The notes under the pieces: generated by a model
Databases searched by the model: none
Seen by the model: the letters and a program-made list of their open reading frames with translations, nothing else
What the model was told of the DNA's origin: nothing
Made by a program: the position numbers and the translations under genes
In this document: piece after piece, positions 48,401 through 57,597 of the stretch
Layout of the letters: the number at the start of each line of letters is the position of its first letter
How positions within the stretch are numbered: the stretch's first letter is position 1
Origin: a virus
DNA: 64,000 nt
Virus record (IMG/VR): IMGVR_UViG_3300020478_000004
Coordinates: 1-64,000 of that record
Strand: one strand, 5' to 3'

Positions 48401-48717
48401 ATAGAATTAACGTAGCACGTTTGGTAGTTTACTTACGTGGCCAACTTAAAAAACTTGCTAAACCTTATATCTTTGAACCAAATGATAAAATTACGCGAGA
48501 TGAGATTAAGGCACAAGCAGATACATTGTTACTTGAACTAGTTGGGCAAAGAGCACTTTATGACTTCTTAGTAGTGTGTGATGAATCAAACAACACACCA
48601 TCAAGAATTGATCGTAATGAGCTTTATTTAGATATTGCCATAGAACCAGTGAAAGCAGTAGAGTTTATTTACATTCCACTAAGGCTTAAAAATACTGGTG
48701 AGATAGCGGGACTGTAG
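45469..48717 (+). CDS. Contractile tail sheath protein (T4 gp18-like) with large insertion domains
   Basis: LVSPGVQVQVIDES N-terminus, PWFAPAGTRRG, RDTLY.NNVNPI, SALDRINVARL, FEPND..TR, VVCDESNNT, IEPVKAVEFIYI. Confidence 0.95.
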   Translation: MANLVSPGVQVQVIDESFYTPAEPGTVPMLFFVSAQDKKNGAGTGTATGTTKKQAGTPFLLTSQRELTETFGDPTFYTDTNNNPINGSELNEYGLQAAYSYLGVSNRAFVTRADINTSELIASATEPAANPADGTHWFDTKNTLWGIFEWNSNAATVTGGQTFTNKIPTVITDSTKVTGGVPKTSVGAVGDYAVVATTTLNKVYYKNSAGTWVQVGSADWIKANATVIGTESNPTITNAASMSVNGTVVTSGGTALADVVIALNAAGIAGVTSEVVDGKFEIYSTGVDVVLATNSSTLLAEIGLTAATHKAPALQISAHTDVPTFKSTDTAPRPTGSVWIKTTQPNLGARFRVKKFNGTTNLWEDVVAPMYTDGHTALFNLDKAGGGVNLAVGTLYVNYNNAEESSTVADFKIHRRTNTGNTSIKSSIIAAQLTANTYAFNIQESIVGQAALSADKTVSVTTTAASSDADVIAGAINAAGFTNVVASVDASNRIVIEHNDGGEFRIKDTGGVLNLAGFSAFVNANSGTPNLYTAPTGDTTHDFVASNWQVLTYTASATAPTALTTDGRLWYSSIVDEVDIMIHNGTTWVGYLDSTSPYFAAADSDKTDPAGPIVSATEPTLQSDGTALKNGDIWISTADTENYPKIYKYNGTTLKFVLVDNSDQTTEDGVVFADARYNTAGANSDKAGTIASLLVSNFVDIDAPDPALYPKGMLLYNLRRSGFNVKKFVRNHVNTATDNIRFGDESQSGYYAHRWVTESANQTNGAGSFGRKAQRKVIVQALQALVNSNQKIRDDESRIFNLMACPGYPELIGEMVTLNTDRGLSAFIIGDSPFRLTPDATTLNNWGKNTALAVEDNDDGLVTSDEYLGVFYPSLFTSDNAGNNVVVPASHGILRTFALSDQVSFPWFAPAGTRRGGITNATAAGYIDSEGEFVSTALNEGQRDTLYSNNVNPITFLTGAGLLNFGQKTRAKNASALDRINVARLVVYLRGQLKKLAKPYIFEPNDKITRDEIKAQADTLLLELVGQRALYDFLVVCDESNNTPSRIDRNELYLDIAIEPVKAVEFIYIPLRLKNTGEIAGL

Positions 48718-48720
48718 AAT

Positions 48721-48728
48721 GATAAATA
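48721..48728 (+). promoter_or_regulatory. Late promoter GATAAATA
   Basis: Upstream of the tail tube gene. Confidence 0.7.
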
Positions 48729-48750
48729 CAGCTAATAGGGAGATATTATA

Positions 48751-49383
48751 ATGAGTATATCAACATTATCAAAACTTACAGTACCTTTAGATTCAAGTGC
48801 ATCAGCCTCGAATCAAGGGCTGTTAATGCCAAAACTCCAGTATCGCTTTAGGGTGACATTGGAAAATTTTGGTAGATCAACACCAACAACTGAATTAACA
48901 AAACAAGTTGTTGATGTTACAAGGCCTAACGTGTCCTTTGAACAAATTACACTTGACGTATACAACTCACGTGTGTTCTTAGCAGGAAAACATACTTGGG
49001 AACCAATCACACTTAACTTACGTGAGGATGTTTCTAATAACGTACAAAAATTAGTTGGTGAGCAACTACAAAAACAATTTGATTTCTTTGAACAATCATC
49101 AGCGGCATCAGGTAGCGATTACAAATTCGTAACTAGAATTGAAATTTTAGACGGTGGTAATGGTACAAATGCGGCGGCGATTCTTGAAACATTTGAACTT
49201 TATGGTTGTTACTGTGAAAGTGCAAACTACAATACATTAGCATATAGTACAAACGATCCAGTAACTATTGCATTATCTATTAGATACGATAACGCAATAC
49301 AAACACCACAAGGTACAGGTATTGGTACAGCTATTGGTAGAACAGTTAATACTGCGGCTACTGGTGGTGGATCAGCAACTTAA
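48751..49383 (+). CDS. Tail tube protein (T4 gp19-like)
   Basis: PKLQYRFRV, RPNVSF, AGKHTWEPITL, FELYGC, IRYDNA. Follows the sheath gene. Confidence 0.85.
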   Translation: MSISTLSKLTVPLDSSASASNQGLLMPKLQYRFRVTLENFGRSTPTTELTKQVVDVTRPNVSFEQITLDVYNSRVFLAGKHTWEPITLNLREDVSNNVQKLVGEQLQKQFDFFEQSSAASGSDYKFVTRIEILDGGNGTNAAAILETFELYGCYCESANYNTLAYSTNDPVTIALSIRYDNAIQTPQGTGIGTAIGRTVNTAATGGGSAT

Positions 49384-49411
49384 TAAAAATAAATTATAAT
49401 ATTTCCGAGTC

Positions 49412-49446
49412 AAAGGGGGTCTTTTTAGGCCCCTTTTTTCTTTTTG
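49412..49446 (+). terminator. Rho-independent terminator
   Basis: GGGGTCT-TTTT-AGGCCCC hairpin followed by a T run. Confidence 0.85.
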
Positions 49447-49508
49447 TATAACTCTTCAATAATACATTCATGTTAAATACCCACTTATTTTTATAGATAA
49501 ATAATAGT

Positions 49509-50918
49509 ATGGCTAGCAAATTTCAAGGATTTTTTGATAACATAATAGCAGGGACTTTAAATCCCAAGGGTAACCTTGGTGACTGGCAACACGCTAGAGC
49601 ATTATATACTAATGACGATTTTCGTCTCGCTCCTAAACATAAGTTTTTATATCATGTGGCTTTTACATTAAACGAAAGAGCGGCAAAAGTAATTCCACAA
49701 TTAAAAACAGAAGAACTTAATATGTTAGTTAAGTCAGTCGACTTACCTAAGTATAATATAAGCACTACTCTAAAGCACCAATACAATAAAAAACGTAATT
49801 TACAAACAAGATTAGATTATGATCCTGTTAACATTACCTTCCATGATGATAACTGGGGTATAACAACTGCTATGTGGGAAGCATACTATAGATACTACTT
49901 TAGAGACGGAACATATTCAGCATTGTCAGGCGCCGCTCCTGCTTCGTCTTCTAATGCTGGAAAAGATAACAGTGGATTACCACAAGGCGCTTATAACAGA
50001 GCTAATACATACTTAGACAGTTCAGTAAACAGATATCGTTTTGGTATGGACAACGATCAATTTGAAAACTTTTTTGATACAATTCAAATTTTTCAAATGT
50101 CAAGACGAAGGTATACTTGTTTTACTTTAGTTAATCCTATAATTTCAAGTTGGCAACACGATACTATGGATAATAGCGATAGTGGTGTTGTAGCAAATCA
50201 AATGACAGTTCAATATGAAACTGTATGGTATGCACGTGGACCAGTTAAAGAAGGTACTGCTCCTAAAATGTTTGGTACTCCATCAGGACACTATGATTCA
50301 ACTCCGAGTCCAATAACCTTAGAAGGTGGCGGAGTAGCAAGTTTATTTGGTATTGGTGGTGTAGCTTCAGGTGGTTTAGATGTGCTTGGTGATATTACAA
50401 GTGGAAAAGCAACTGGAAGTTTAGGAGGTTTTCTTGGAACAGTATTAAAAGGTGCTAACGTATTTAAAAATGCAAAAAGTTTATCACGTAGTGGAATACG
50501 TCAAGAAGGATTTAATATTTTAAAAGGAGCTTTGGGTCAAGTAAATAATTCAGCTGTAGGCGGAGTTGCTAATACTTTCTTTCCGAAAGGAAGTGGTACA
50601 GGAAGTAGTAGTGCAAGTCTTATCAATACAGTTGCAGGTCTCACAGCAGGGGCATCAATTATAAAAACTGTTTCTTCTGGAAGTACATTAGATGCTGTTA
50701 CCTCGTTAGTTAATAATCCAGGTAAACTAGACCAACTAGCCCTAGCAGGAAGTTTCTTAAAAACACATCTTGAAACAGGTGGAAGTGCAGTTATTGATGA
50801 AGTCGGAACAGCTTATGCTAATTTATCCGAGTCCGCTAAAAATTCATTTAGACAATTAGAATTAGATAATGTACAACAAACATTACAAAATAATTCTAAC
50901 TTAACATTGGAGGCCTAG
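49509..50918 (+). CDS. Tube-like baseplate/tail-tube initiator protein (gp48/gp54/gp19-fold)
   Basis: PKHKFLYHV.F, VKSVDLPK, YDPVNITFHDD, LVNP.ISSW.HD, MTVQYE, then a Gly-rich tail. Confidence 0.6.
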   Translation: MASKFQGFFDNIIAGTLNPKGNLGDWQHARALYTNDDFRLAPKHKFLYHVAFTLNERAAKVIPQLKTEELNMLVKSVDLPKYNISTTLKHQYNKKRNLQTRLDYDPVNITFHDDNWGITTAMWEAYYRYYFRDGTYSALSGAAPASSSNAGKDNSGLPQGAYNRANTYLDSSVNRYRFGMDNDQFENFFDTIQIFQMSRRRYTCFTLVNPIISSWQHDTMDNSDSGVVANQMTVQYETVWYARGPVKEGTAPKMFGTPSGHYDSTPSPITLEGGGVASLFGIGGVASGGLDVLGDITSGKATGSLGGFLGTVLKGANVFKNAKSLSRSGIRQEGFNILKGALGQVNNSAVGGVANTFFPKGSGTGSSSASLINTVAGLTAGASIIKTVSSGSTLDAVTSLVNNPGKLDQLALAGSFLKTHLETGGSAVIDEVGTAYANLSESAKNSFRQLELDNVQQTLQNNSNLTLEA

Positions 50919-50920
50919 TC

Positions 50921-51331
50921 ATGGGTGAAGAAATAACAACAAGTATAGTTACACCAGATCCACAACCTACTAATCTACCACGTCAACCAGTTACTGATTC
51001 TACTGCACAAGTAAAACAATTTTTAGATAGATATTTTCAAGCACCTTTAAGTTTTCCTTCTAACCAAGTAGATGCAGTTATTGGATTTTTTGAAAGTAGA
51101 GATTTTGATTTGACTAGTGCTCAAACTATCGGTACAGTTTTATTGCAACAAGCAAAACTAGATGACGTTAATGTATTTGAACTTTTAGATACACTTAAAG
51201 GTTTAGATACACTTCAATTAAGTGCAGTTGTTACAGAAGTAATCAATTATAATAGATCAAAAATTAGTACCTTAGGATATAAGTTAGACAAATCTGCTAA
51301 TAAGTTAGAAGTGCGTAATGTATTGGTTTAA
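50921..51331 (+). CDS. Hypothetical protein (baseplate region)
   Basis: 136-aa ORF with SD GGAGG. Confidence 0.55.
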   Translation: MGEEITTSIVTPDPQPTNLPRQPVTDSTAQVKQFLDRYFQAPLSFPSNQVDAVIGFFESRDFDLTSAQTIGTVLLQQAKLDDVNVFELLDTLKGLDTLQLSAVVTEVINYNRSKISTLGYKLDKSANKLEVRNVLV

Positions 51332-51334
51332 CAA

Positions 51335-51772
51335 ATGGCGAAGTTTGCACAGGGTAGATTTACATTAAAAAATGCTAACAAATACCTAGGTAAAAAAACA
51401 CCTTTATATAGATCAAGTTGGGAATTTGCTTTCATGCGTTTTTGCGATGAAAGTCCTTCAGTTGCCAAATGGGCAAGTGAGTCTGTTAAAATTCCTTACA
51501 AAGATCCATTAACAGGAAAACTTACTGTATATGTTCCTGACTTTATGATTCAGTATACTGATAAAAATGGTAGAGGTCACGTAGAACTTATAGAAGTTAA
51601 GCCAGAAAACCAAATGAAGAAAGAACATATTGGGAGAGATAAATTTAGACAAGCTCAATATGTTAGAAATGTAGCTAAATGGGAAGCCGCAAGACATTGG
51701 TGTAAAAGACGTAAAATATATTTTAGAGTAATAAATGAGAATGATATTTTTCATAGAGGTCGAAGAAAATGA
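51335..51772 (+). CDS. Head completion nuclease (T4 gp4 / TnsA-N-like)
   Basis: YRSSWE..FM.FCD, WASE...IPY, YVPDF, LIEVKP, N.AKWEAA. Confidence 0.85.
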   Translation: MAKFAQGRFTLKNANKYLGKKTPLYRSSWEFAFMRFCDESPSVAKWASESVKIPYKDPLTGKLTVYVPDFMIQYTDKNGRGHVELIEVKPENQMKKEHIGRDKFRQAQYVRNVAKWEAARHWCKRRKIYFRVINENDIFHRGRRK

Positions 51773-51786
51773 CGGAGGGCGTAGAA

Positions 51787-51942
51787 ATGCAATCAGATCT
51801 TCAAACCATAGTAAGCCTATGGCCTATATTTTTAGGATTTATTACATTAGTAATTGTATTAGCCAAAATGCATTCAAGTATTGAGGTATTACGTGAAAAA
51901 GTTAAAACTCTTTTTGAATTATGGAATGAAAAAGACAAATAA
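51787..51942 (+). CDS. Small single-TM membrane protein (not in ORF track)
   Basis: SD GGAGG 51774-78. Translation MQSDLQTIVSLWPIFLGFITLVIVLAKMHSSIEVLREKVKTLFELWNEKDK*. Confidence 0.65.
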   Translation: MQSDLQTIVSLWPIFLGFITLVIVLAKMHSSIEVLREKVKTLFELWNEKDK

Positions 51943-51954
51943 ATACACGTAGTT

Positions 51955-52443
51955 ATGACAAAGAAATTAGAAGAACTCTTAAACTTACCCGAGTCAAAAG
52001 AAATTATTGACGAGGATAAAAAGAAAGCCAAAATAGAAGCTAAAGAGGAACAAAAAGAAACGTTCCGTGAAATAGCTGAATTTGATAAAATTACGGCCGC
52101 TTTACCACAAGTAAAAGGTTTAGGAGAACTAGGAGACAAAGAGCTTAACGAAGTAGCTGAAAAATCCATGCAGGCTTATGAAGATTTAATGGATTTAGGT
52201 ATGAACGTTGAATCACGCTATTCAGGGCGTGTTTTTGAAGTAGCTGGTCAAATGCTTAAAACCAATTTAGATGCTAAAAATGCCAAGCTAGATAAGAAGC
52301 TTAAAATGGTAGAATTACAGCTTAAAAAGGAAAAAATGGACAGAGAAGGGTCTGTCGAAGGCGATACTTTAGTGAACGGTGAAGGATATGTTATAACAGA
52401 CCGTAATAGCCTTATAGAAAAACTAAAGAAGATAGATAAATAA
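51955..52443 (+). CDS. Probable terminase small subunit (gp16-like)
   Basis: Helical protein with R.FEVAG.MLK..LDA pattern, upstream of the large terminase. Late promoter AATAAATA at 51938-45. Confidence 0.55.
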   Translation: MTKKLEELLNLPESKEIIDEDKKKAKIEAKEEQKETFREIAEFDKITAALPQVKGLGELGDKELNEVAEKSMQAYEDLMDLGMNVESRYSGRVFEVAGQMLKTNLDAKNAKLDKKLKMVELQLKKEKMDREGSVEGDTLVNGEGYVITDRNSLIEKLKKIDK

Positions 52444-52466
52444 CAATATAACGGGAAAACAAAGTC

Positions 52467-53054
52467 ATGAGTAAAACATTTGTTGAACATCTAAATGAAG
52501 CAAAAAAGAACTATTCTTTTAAAGTAGGAGTAGCAGGCGATTTGCCAGAAGGCTATGCTGATCACTTAGAAAGCGTATTGCAGAAATTTAAGGTTGAAAA
52601 TATGAGTGCAGGTAAACGTACTCCTATTACTGAAAGACCTTTAGATTTTCCACAGTTACAAAACACCCATGTTCACTACTATGACGTTGAACTAGGTTAC
52701 CCAACTACACCACAAGTACTTCAACAGTATATTGCACAATCCTGTGGCATTCATGAATCTCATGTTATTGTAAGAGATCCAAATGCACCACAAGAGCAAT
52801 ATCAAGAAGACGGAGTTATCGGTGAGCAGGAATATAACAAAGTTTATACTGCAAACTTAGGTACTGATTTAGAAAGTGCAGACACAGATGCACAAAAACA
52901 AGTTGGTGGTGAAAGAATAATGGGATTATTAAAAGAACTTGAAAAAGCTCGTGGTGAACGTGAGAATAAACAAGTTCCGGATGGTATATCCGATAAAGAT
53001 CAAAAACACGATATGGGCGAGCCTGGTAAAACTAGTCCTGTAGGGAGCAAATAA
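52467..53054 (+). CDS. Hypothetical late protein, possible head-internal protein
   Basis: Late promoter 52435-42. N-terminus MSKTFVEHLNEA resembles the T4 capsid-targeting sequence. Confidence 0.5.
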   Translation: MSKTFVEHLNEAKKNYSFKVGVAGDLPEGYADHLESVLQKFKVENMSAGKRTPITERPLDFPQLQNTHVHYYDVELGYPTTPQVLQQYIAQSCGIHESHVIVRDPNAPQEQYQEDGVIGEQEYNKVYTANLGTDLESADTDAQKQVGGERIMGLLKELEKARGERENKQVPDGISDKDQKHDMGEPGKTSPVGSK

Positions 53055-53644
53055 TGAAACTAGAAGACATTTATAAAAAGATCGATTCTCTTAACGAAGT
53101 TGCTTCAATGAACATCTCTATGAGCGGTGAAACTGCTGATGACGTTGGAAAACTTTTGAGATTGATGAAAGACGCAGGCCTAGAAAAAGCTGAGCCTGTT
53201 GGAGCAGATCTATTAAACCCTCCATCAATGAGAGGTGACATGGATAAATTTAAAGACATCATTGATAAAGGACAACCCGACACTATGGGACCTCCAAGTC
53301 CAATGGATAGTCCATGTGGTGCACCAGACGGTCCAGATGATGGTCCAGATGACGGTCCAGGTGATATGAAAATTATTAAACTTGACGGTCCAGATGGCCC
53401 AGAAAAAGATGATGATGACGAAAAAGAATCCGGCTATGCTAACGAACCAGACGAAAAGTATGGTACTACAGATTTAATGACTAAAGATTTAGCAGGTGGA
53501 TTAAATGGACCTAAAAAATCTTATCCTAAAGTAGCAGGCGGTGACAATCCAATGTCAATTCGTGCAGAATTAACTCGCTTAGAAAATTCTATTAAAGACG
53601 AACTAGCGGCTTCTTTAGCAGAAAAAATGAGTGGAGATAAGTAA
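53054..53644 (+). CDS. Acidic low-complexity late protein (DGPD repeats), possible head-internal protein
   Basis: PDGPDDGPDDGPGD repeat. TAATG coupling. Confidence 0.5.
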   Translation: MKLEDIYKKIDSLNEVASMNISMSGETADDVGKLLRLMKDAGLEKAEPVGADLLNPPSMRGDMDKFKDIIDKGQPDTMGPPSPMDSPCGAPDGPDDGPDDGPGDMKIIKLDGPDGPEKDDDDEKESGYANEPDEKYGTTDLMTKDLAGGLNGPKKSYPKVAGGDNPMSIRAELTRLENSIKDELAASLAEKMSGDK

Positions 53645-53997
53645 TGGTTAGCGTAACGAGAGTAACAGGTTTAGGCGTAACAGCAGGAACACTTTACGGT
53701 CATAATGCAAAGGCAATGTTAGTTACTGTAAAAAATGCAGGTGCAACAGCAATTGACTTACGTGCAGAAGACGATGCAGTAGGTGAAGCGGCTGAAGTAG
53801 TACTAGGCGAAATTAGTCCTTTAATGTATTTGGTAACTAATTCAAACGCAGGTACAATTTCAGTTATTACTGACATTAGTGCTAACGCGGCAGACTTACA
53901 AGCGAAGATTAGAGCATTAGGAACAGCAGTAGGACCAAACGATATTGACGTATCAGGTACAACTGTAGCTGATGGTACTTCAGTAGTTGTATCATAA
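53644..53997 (+). CDS. Small hypothetical virion protein
   Basis: 117-aa Ala/Val/Thr-rich ORF, last gene before a terminator. Confidence 0.55.
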   Translation: MVSVTRVTGLGVTAGTLYGHNAKAMLVTVKNAGATAIDLRAEDDAVGEAAEVVLGEISPLMYLVTNSNAGTISVITDISANAADLQAKIRALGTAVGPNDIDVSGTTVADGTSVVVS

Positions 53998-54034
53998 ACA
54001 ATAATACAATATTTCCTCCCCATATTGTAAACTC

Positions 54035-54061
54035 AAATAGGACTTTCGGGTCCTATTTTTG
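54035..54061 (+). terminator. Rho-independent terminator with UUCG loop
   Basis: AAATAGGACT-TTCG-GGTCCTATTT followed by TT. Confidence 0.85.
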
Positions 54062-54076
54062 CCAATAAATACTATC

Positions 54077-55669
54077 ATGAGCGTAAAAAGTCTAGATGGT
54101 GTTTTAACTAAAAAAGCCCACCAACGTGAAAAGTTTGGTGAGGCAGAGATAGAACATCTTAAAAAATGTATGGATGACGATACAGGGTATCTTCATTTTG
54201 CACGAAATTTCTTTTATATTCAACACCCTGTTGAAGGTAAGATGTTATTTAATCCCTTTAAATATCAAGAAGAACTTTTAAGTGCTTACCACCAACATAG
54301 ATTTAATGTTAATATGTTACCACGACAAAGTGGTAAAACAACTTGTGCTTCTGCATATCTTTTATGGTATGCTATGTTTCATCCTGATCAAACAATATTA
54401 ATTGCCGCACATAAATTTGCTGGTGCTCAAGAAATTATGCAACGTATTCGTTATGGATATGAATTATGTCCTGACTTTATTCGTGCAGGAGTTACAAACT
54501 ATAACAAAGGTTCGATGGAATTTGAAAATGGTAGTAGATTAATAAGTGCTACTACTACAGGAAATACTGGTAGAGGTATGTCTATATCTTTACTATATTG
54601 TGATGAGTTTGCATTTGTTAATCCTAGTATTGCAGATGAATTTTGGACTTCAATGTCACCTACACTAGCAACAGGTGGTCGTGCAATTATTACTTCAACA
54701 CCAAACTCAGATGAAGATACGTTTGCAATTATATGGAAAGAATCACAAAATAAATTTGACGAAAACGGAATTGAAAAAGACGTAGGCATTAATGGATTTC
54801 ATGGATATACTGCTGGATGGGACGAACATCCTGACCGAGATGATGAATGGATGAAAGCAGAAATAGGTCGTATTGGTGAAGAAAGATTTAGACGTGAATA
54901 TGGTTGTGAGTTTTTAGTTTACGATGAAACATTAATTAACGCAATTAAATTATCTACAATGGAGGGAGTAGATCCTATACTTAATATGGGGCAGACTCGT
55001 TGGTATGGAACTCCAACTGGAGATAAAACTTATGTAATTGCTTTAGATCCATCAATGGGTACAGGTGGAGATTTTTCAGCGATACAAGTTATTGAGTTAC
55101 CTACTTATAAACAAATAGGCGAGTGGAGACATAATACAACTCCAATTCCGACTCAAGTTAGAATTATGAAAGATATTTGCATTTATATTAGAGATAAATG
55201 TGGAACTCACGGGCAAAATATATATTGGAGTGTAGAAAATAATGCTGTAGGAGAAGCCGCACTTATTGTTATTAATGACTTTGGTGAAGAAAATATTCCA
55301 GGAATGTTTGTAAGCGAGCCTATTAAAAAAGGACATATACGTAAATTTCGTAGAGGGTTTAATACAACACATATGACTAAAGTTAGTGCTTGTGCTAAAC
55401 TAAAAACTATGATTGAAAATGATAGATTACAAATAAACAGCAAATTATTAATAACTGAGCTTAAAGGGTTTATTGCATCTGGATCTAGTTATAAAGCAAA
55501 ACCAGGAGAAACTGATGATTTAGTTATGGCGGCTATACTAACAATGCGTATAATTACTGTACTAAAAGCCTGGGATCCTAGAGTATATGATACATTTAAC
55601 CAAGCTGACGAAGAACCTGAAGATTACGTGCCGCCTATGCCGATCATGGTTACCACGTTTCCAAGATAA
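54077..55669 (+). CDS. Terminase large subunit (T4 gp17-like); start revised to ATG 54077
   Basis: Walker A PRQSGKT, Walker B LLYCDEFAF, ITSTPN, FRREYGCEF, RNase H motif ALDPSMGTGGDFS, DDLVMA. Confidence 0.95.
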   Translation: MSVKSLDGVLTKKAHQREKFGEAEIEHLKKCMDDDTGYLHFARNFFYIQHPVEGKMLFNPFKYQEELLSAYHQHRFNVNMLPRQSGKTTCASAYLLWYAMFHPDQTILIAAHKFAGAQEIMQRIRYGYELCPDFIRAGVTNYNKGSMEFENGSRLISATTTGNTGRGMSISLLYCDEFAFVNPSIADEFWTSMSPTLATGGRAIITSTPNSDEDTFAIIWKESQNKFDENGIEKDVGINGFHGYTAGWDEHPDRDDEWMKAEIGRIGEERFRREYGCEFLVYDETLINAIKLSTMEGVDPILNMGQTRWYGTPTGDKTYVIALDPSMGTGGDFSAIQVIELPTYKQIGEWRHNTTPIPTQVRIMKDICIYIRDKCGTHGQNIYWSVENNAVGEAALIVINDFGEENIPGMFVSEPIKKGHIRKFRRGFNTTHMTKVSACAKLKTMIENDRLQINSKLLITELKGFIASGSSYKAKPGETDDLVMAAILTMRIITVLKAWDPRVYDTFNQADEEPEDYVPPMPIMVTTFPR

Positions 55670-55677
55670 ATAATAAC

Positions 55678-57597
55678 ATGAGCACAATGGATAAAATATC
55701 TGAGAATTTATTTGCTAAAATTAGGGGTCGTTTCCCATCAATTACATTGGGCGACGAAACAGGCGTAGTTACAGATGAGCCTAAATTAGCACGATATTTT
55801 GACTTTGATTTTAAAGATGGCGAAGAAACATTAGGAAAAGTAAGTATAACACTTAATGATGATGCTGGTGTAGTAGTAACATTTAATAATGATTTTGTTA
55901 CTAATGAAAACGAAGATGTTAAAAACAAATGGTACGACTTTTTAAAAGAGTTACGAGTATTTGCTAAGAAAAATATGTTAAATTTTGATACACGCGATAT
56001 TACAAAATCAAATCTCGATAAACGAGATTATGCCCACTTAACTAAAACTAGTTCCGGAGACAACACAATGAGAGAATCAACAATGTACGGAACGAGTAGA
56101 ACAAGCTATGAAGATGTTGGAACTGCTCGTTTAGTATTAAAACATAATCAGGCGGTTAATACAGAAATTCCTGGTTCAAGAACCCAACACGTTCATAGCA
56201 TTTATATTGAAAGCGACAATGGTGAAAGATTTATGTATCCATATAGGCACTTAAATGGTGCGAGAGCATTAGCACGTCATGTCTCCGAAGGTGGTAATCT
56301 CTATGATGATTTTGGTAAACACATTGTTGGGTTAAGTGAAGAATTAGCAAAGTTACGTCAATTTAAAACATACATGAATCGTTCAGCAGTAATGGCAGAA
56401 GGTTTAAAACAATATATTGATGTTGTTAACGAAAGACTAGAATCTGTTAAAAAAGAATGTTTAAAATTACAACGTGAAACATATTATAAAGAAGCGTTTA
56501 AAGATTATAAACAAGAAGTTTTAGAAGAAGTTCCAGAAGATGTTACTAATAGTTGGATTGATGAATTAACTGTTAGATCATTTAATGAAGAATTAAAAAG
56601 TGTATTTCCTTACATTTATAAACTTATTAACGACTCTAAGAAGGTTGAAGAGATTGATACAGTTGAAGGAATTAGTAAAGTAGTCGAAGATCACGGACCG
56701 AATGTTGATGAGTTCTTAACTAAAATTGCAAATAGTGATGATTGGTTTCAATTAATAGATCAAGGTCTAACAGGAAAACACGGTCCTGAGATTGAAAAAG
56801 CATTACAAGATATGTACGATGGTGTTGCCGCTGATCATGGATTCCATGGCAAAGACGACCATGAAGAAATTTTTAATCGAATGCAGATGGATATCGAAGA
56901 TGCATATGGCACTAAAGAAGAATTAGAACCACAAGCATTTGATCCAGTAGCAGAATACGAAAAAGTTGTTGACTATATTGTTGGTGAACAAGAAAATGCA
57001 TTAACAGATGGGTCAGACGAAGATAAAGCTCAAGCAATTGATAGACTTAATGAATTGATGGGACAACATTTTCCAGCAGGTGTTAATGGTACAAACGCAA
57101 TTGAAAGTTTAGCTGGAATAATTGATGATCCAAAATTACAAGAAATGTTCCGCAAAGTTGGACAAAAAGATTCCGACATTTGTGTAAGACCACTTGTAAT
57201 GAAATGGATTAAAGCACACGCACCAGACGTAACATCACAAATTAATACAGGTGATATGGACGGTGGAGCAGAAGTACCTGCAGAGGCGGCACCATTAGAT
57301 CATCCAAAAACTTATATGGATCCAGAGCTAGTCAAAAAAATTGTCAAACAAAAAGGCGCAGAACGAGATAAAGAAAAAGGCGACAACAAAAAACCATCGG
57401 AAAGATTAGAAGAGCTAATCAAAAGTTATTATGATTACACAACTAATAAATTTCCAAAAGGCGAAACAGCAGTATTAACGGCTGTTGAAAAAGAATTTGG
57501 TGAGAAAAGTCTACCATATGCAGAAAAAATGATTGAGAAACTATTTTACGGCCAAGATGCAGAAATGGAACGTATAAAAAGTTTAGCAGGCGTATAA
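55678..57597 (+). CDS. Hypothetical late protein (acidic, helical)
   Basis: 639-aa ORF directly after late promoter 55665-72. No recognised family. Confidence 0.6.
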   Translation: MSTMDKISENLFAKIRGRFPSITLGDETGVVTDEPKLARYFDFDFKDGEETLGKVSITLNDDAGVVVTFNNDFVTNENEDVKNKWYDFLKELRVFAKKNMLNFDTRDITKSNLDKRDYAHLTKTSSGDNTMRESTMYGTSRTSYEDVGTARLVLKHNQAVNTEIPGSRTQHVHSIYIESDNGERFMYPYRHLNGARALARHVSEGGNLYDDFGKHIVGLSEELAKLRQFKTYMNRSAVMAEGLKQYIDVVNERLESVKKECLKLQRETYYKEAFKDYKQEVLEEVPEDVTNSWIDELTVRSFNEELKSVFPYIYKLINDSKKVEEIDTVEGISKVVEDHGPNVDEFLTKIANSDDWFQLIDQGLTGKHGPEIEKALQDMYDGVAADHGFHGKDDHEEIFNRMQMDIEDAYGTKEELEPQAFDPVAEYEKVVDYIVGEQENALTDGSDEDKAQAIDRLNELMGQHFPAGVNGTNAIESLAGIIDDPKLQEMFRKVGQKDSDICVRPLVMKWIKAHAPDVTSQINTGDMDGGAEVPAEAAPLDHPKTYMDPELVKKIVKQKGAERDKEKGDNKKPSERLEELIKSYYDYTTNKFPKGETAVLTAVEKEFGEKSLPYAEKMIEKLFYGQDAEMERIKSLAGV

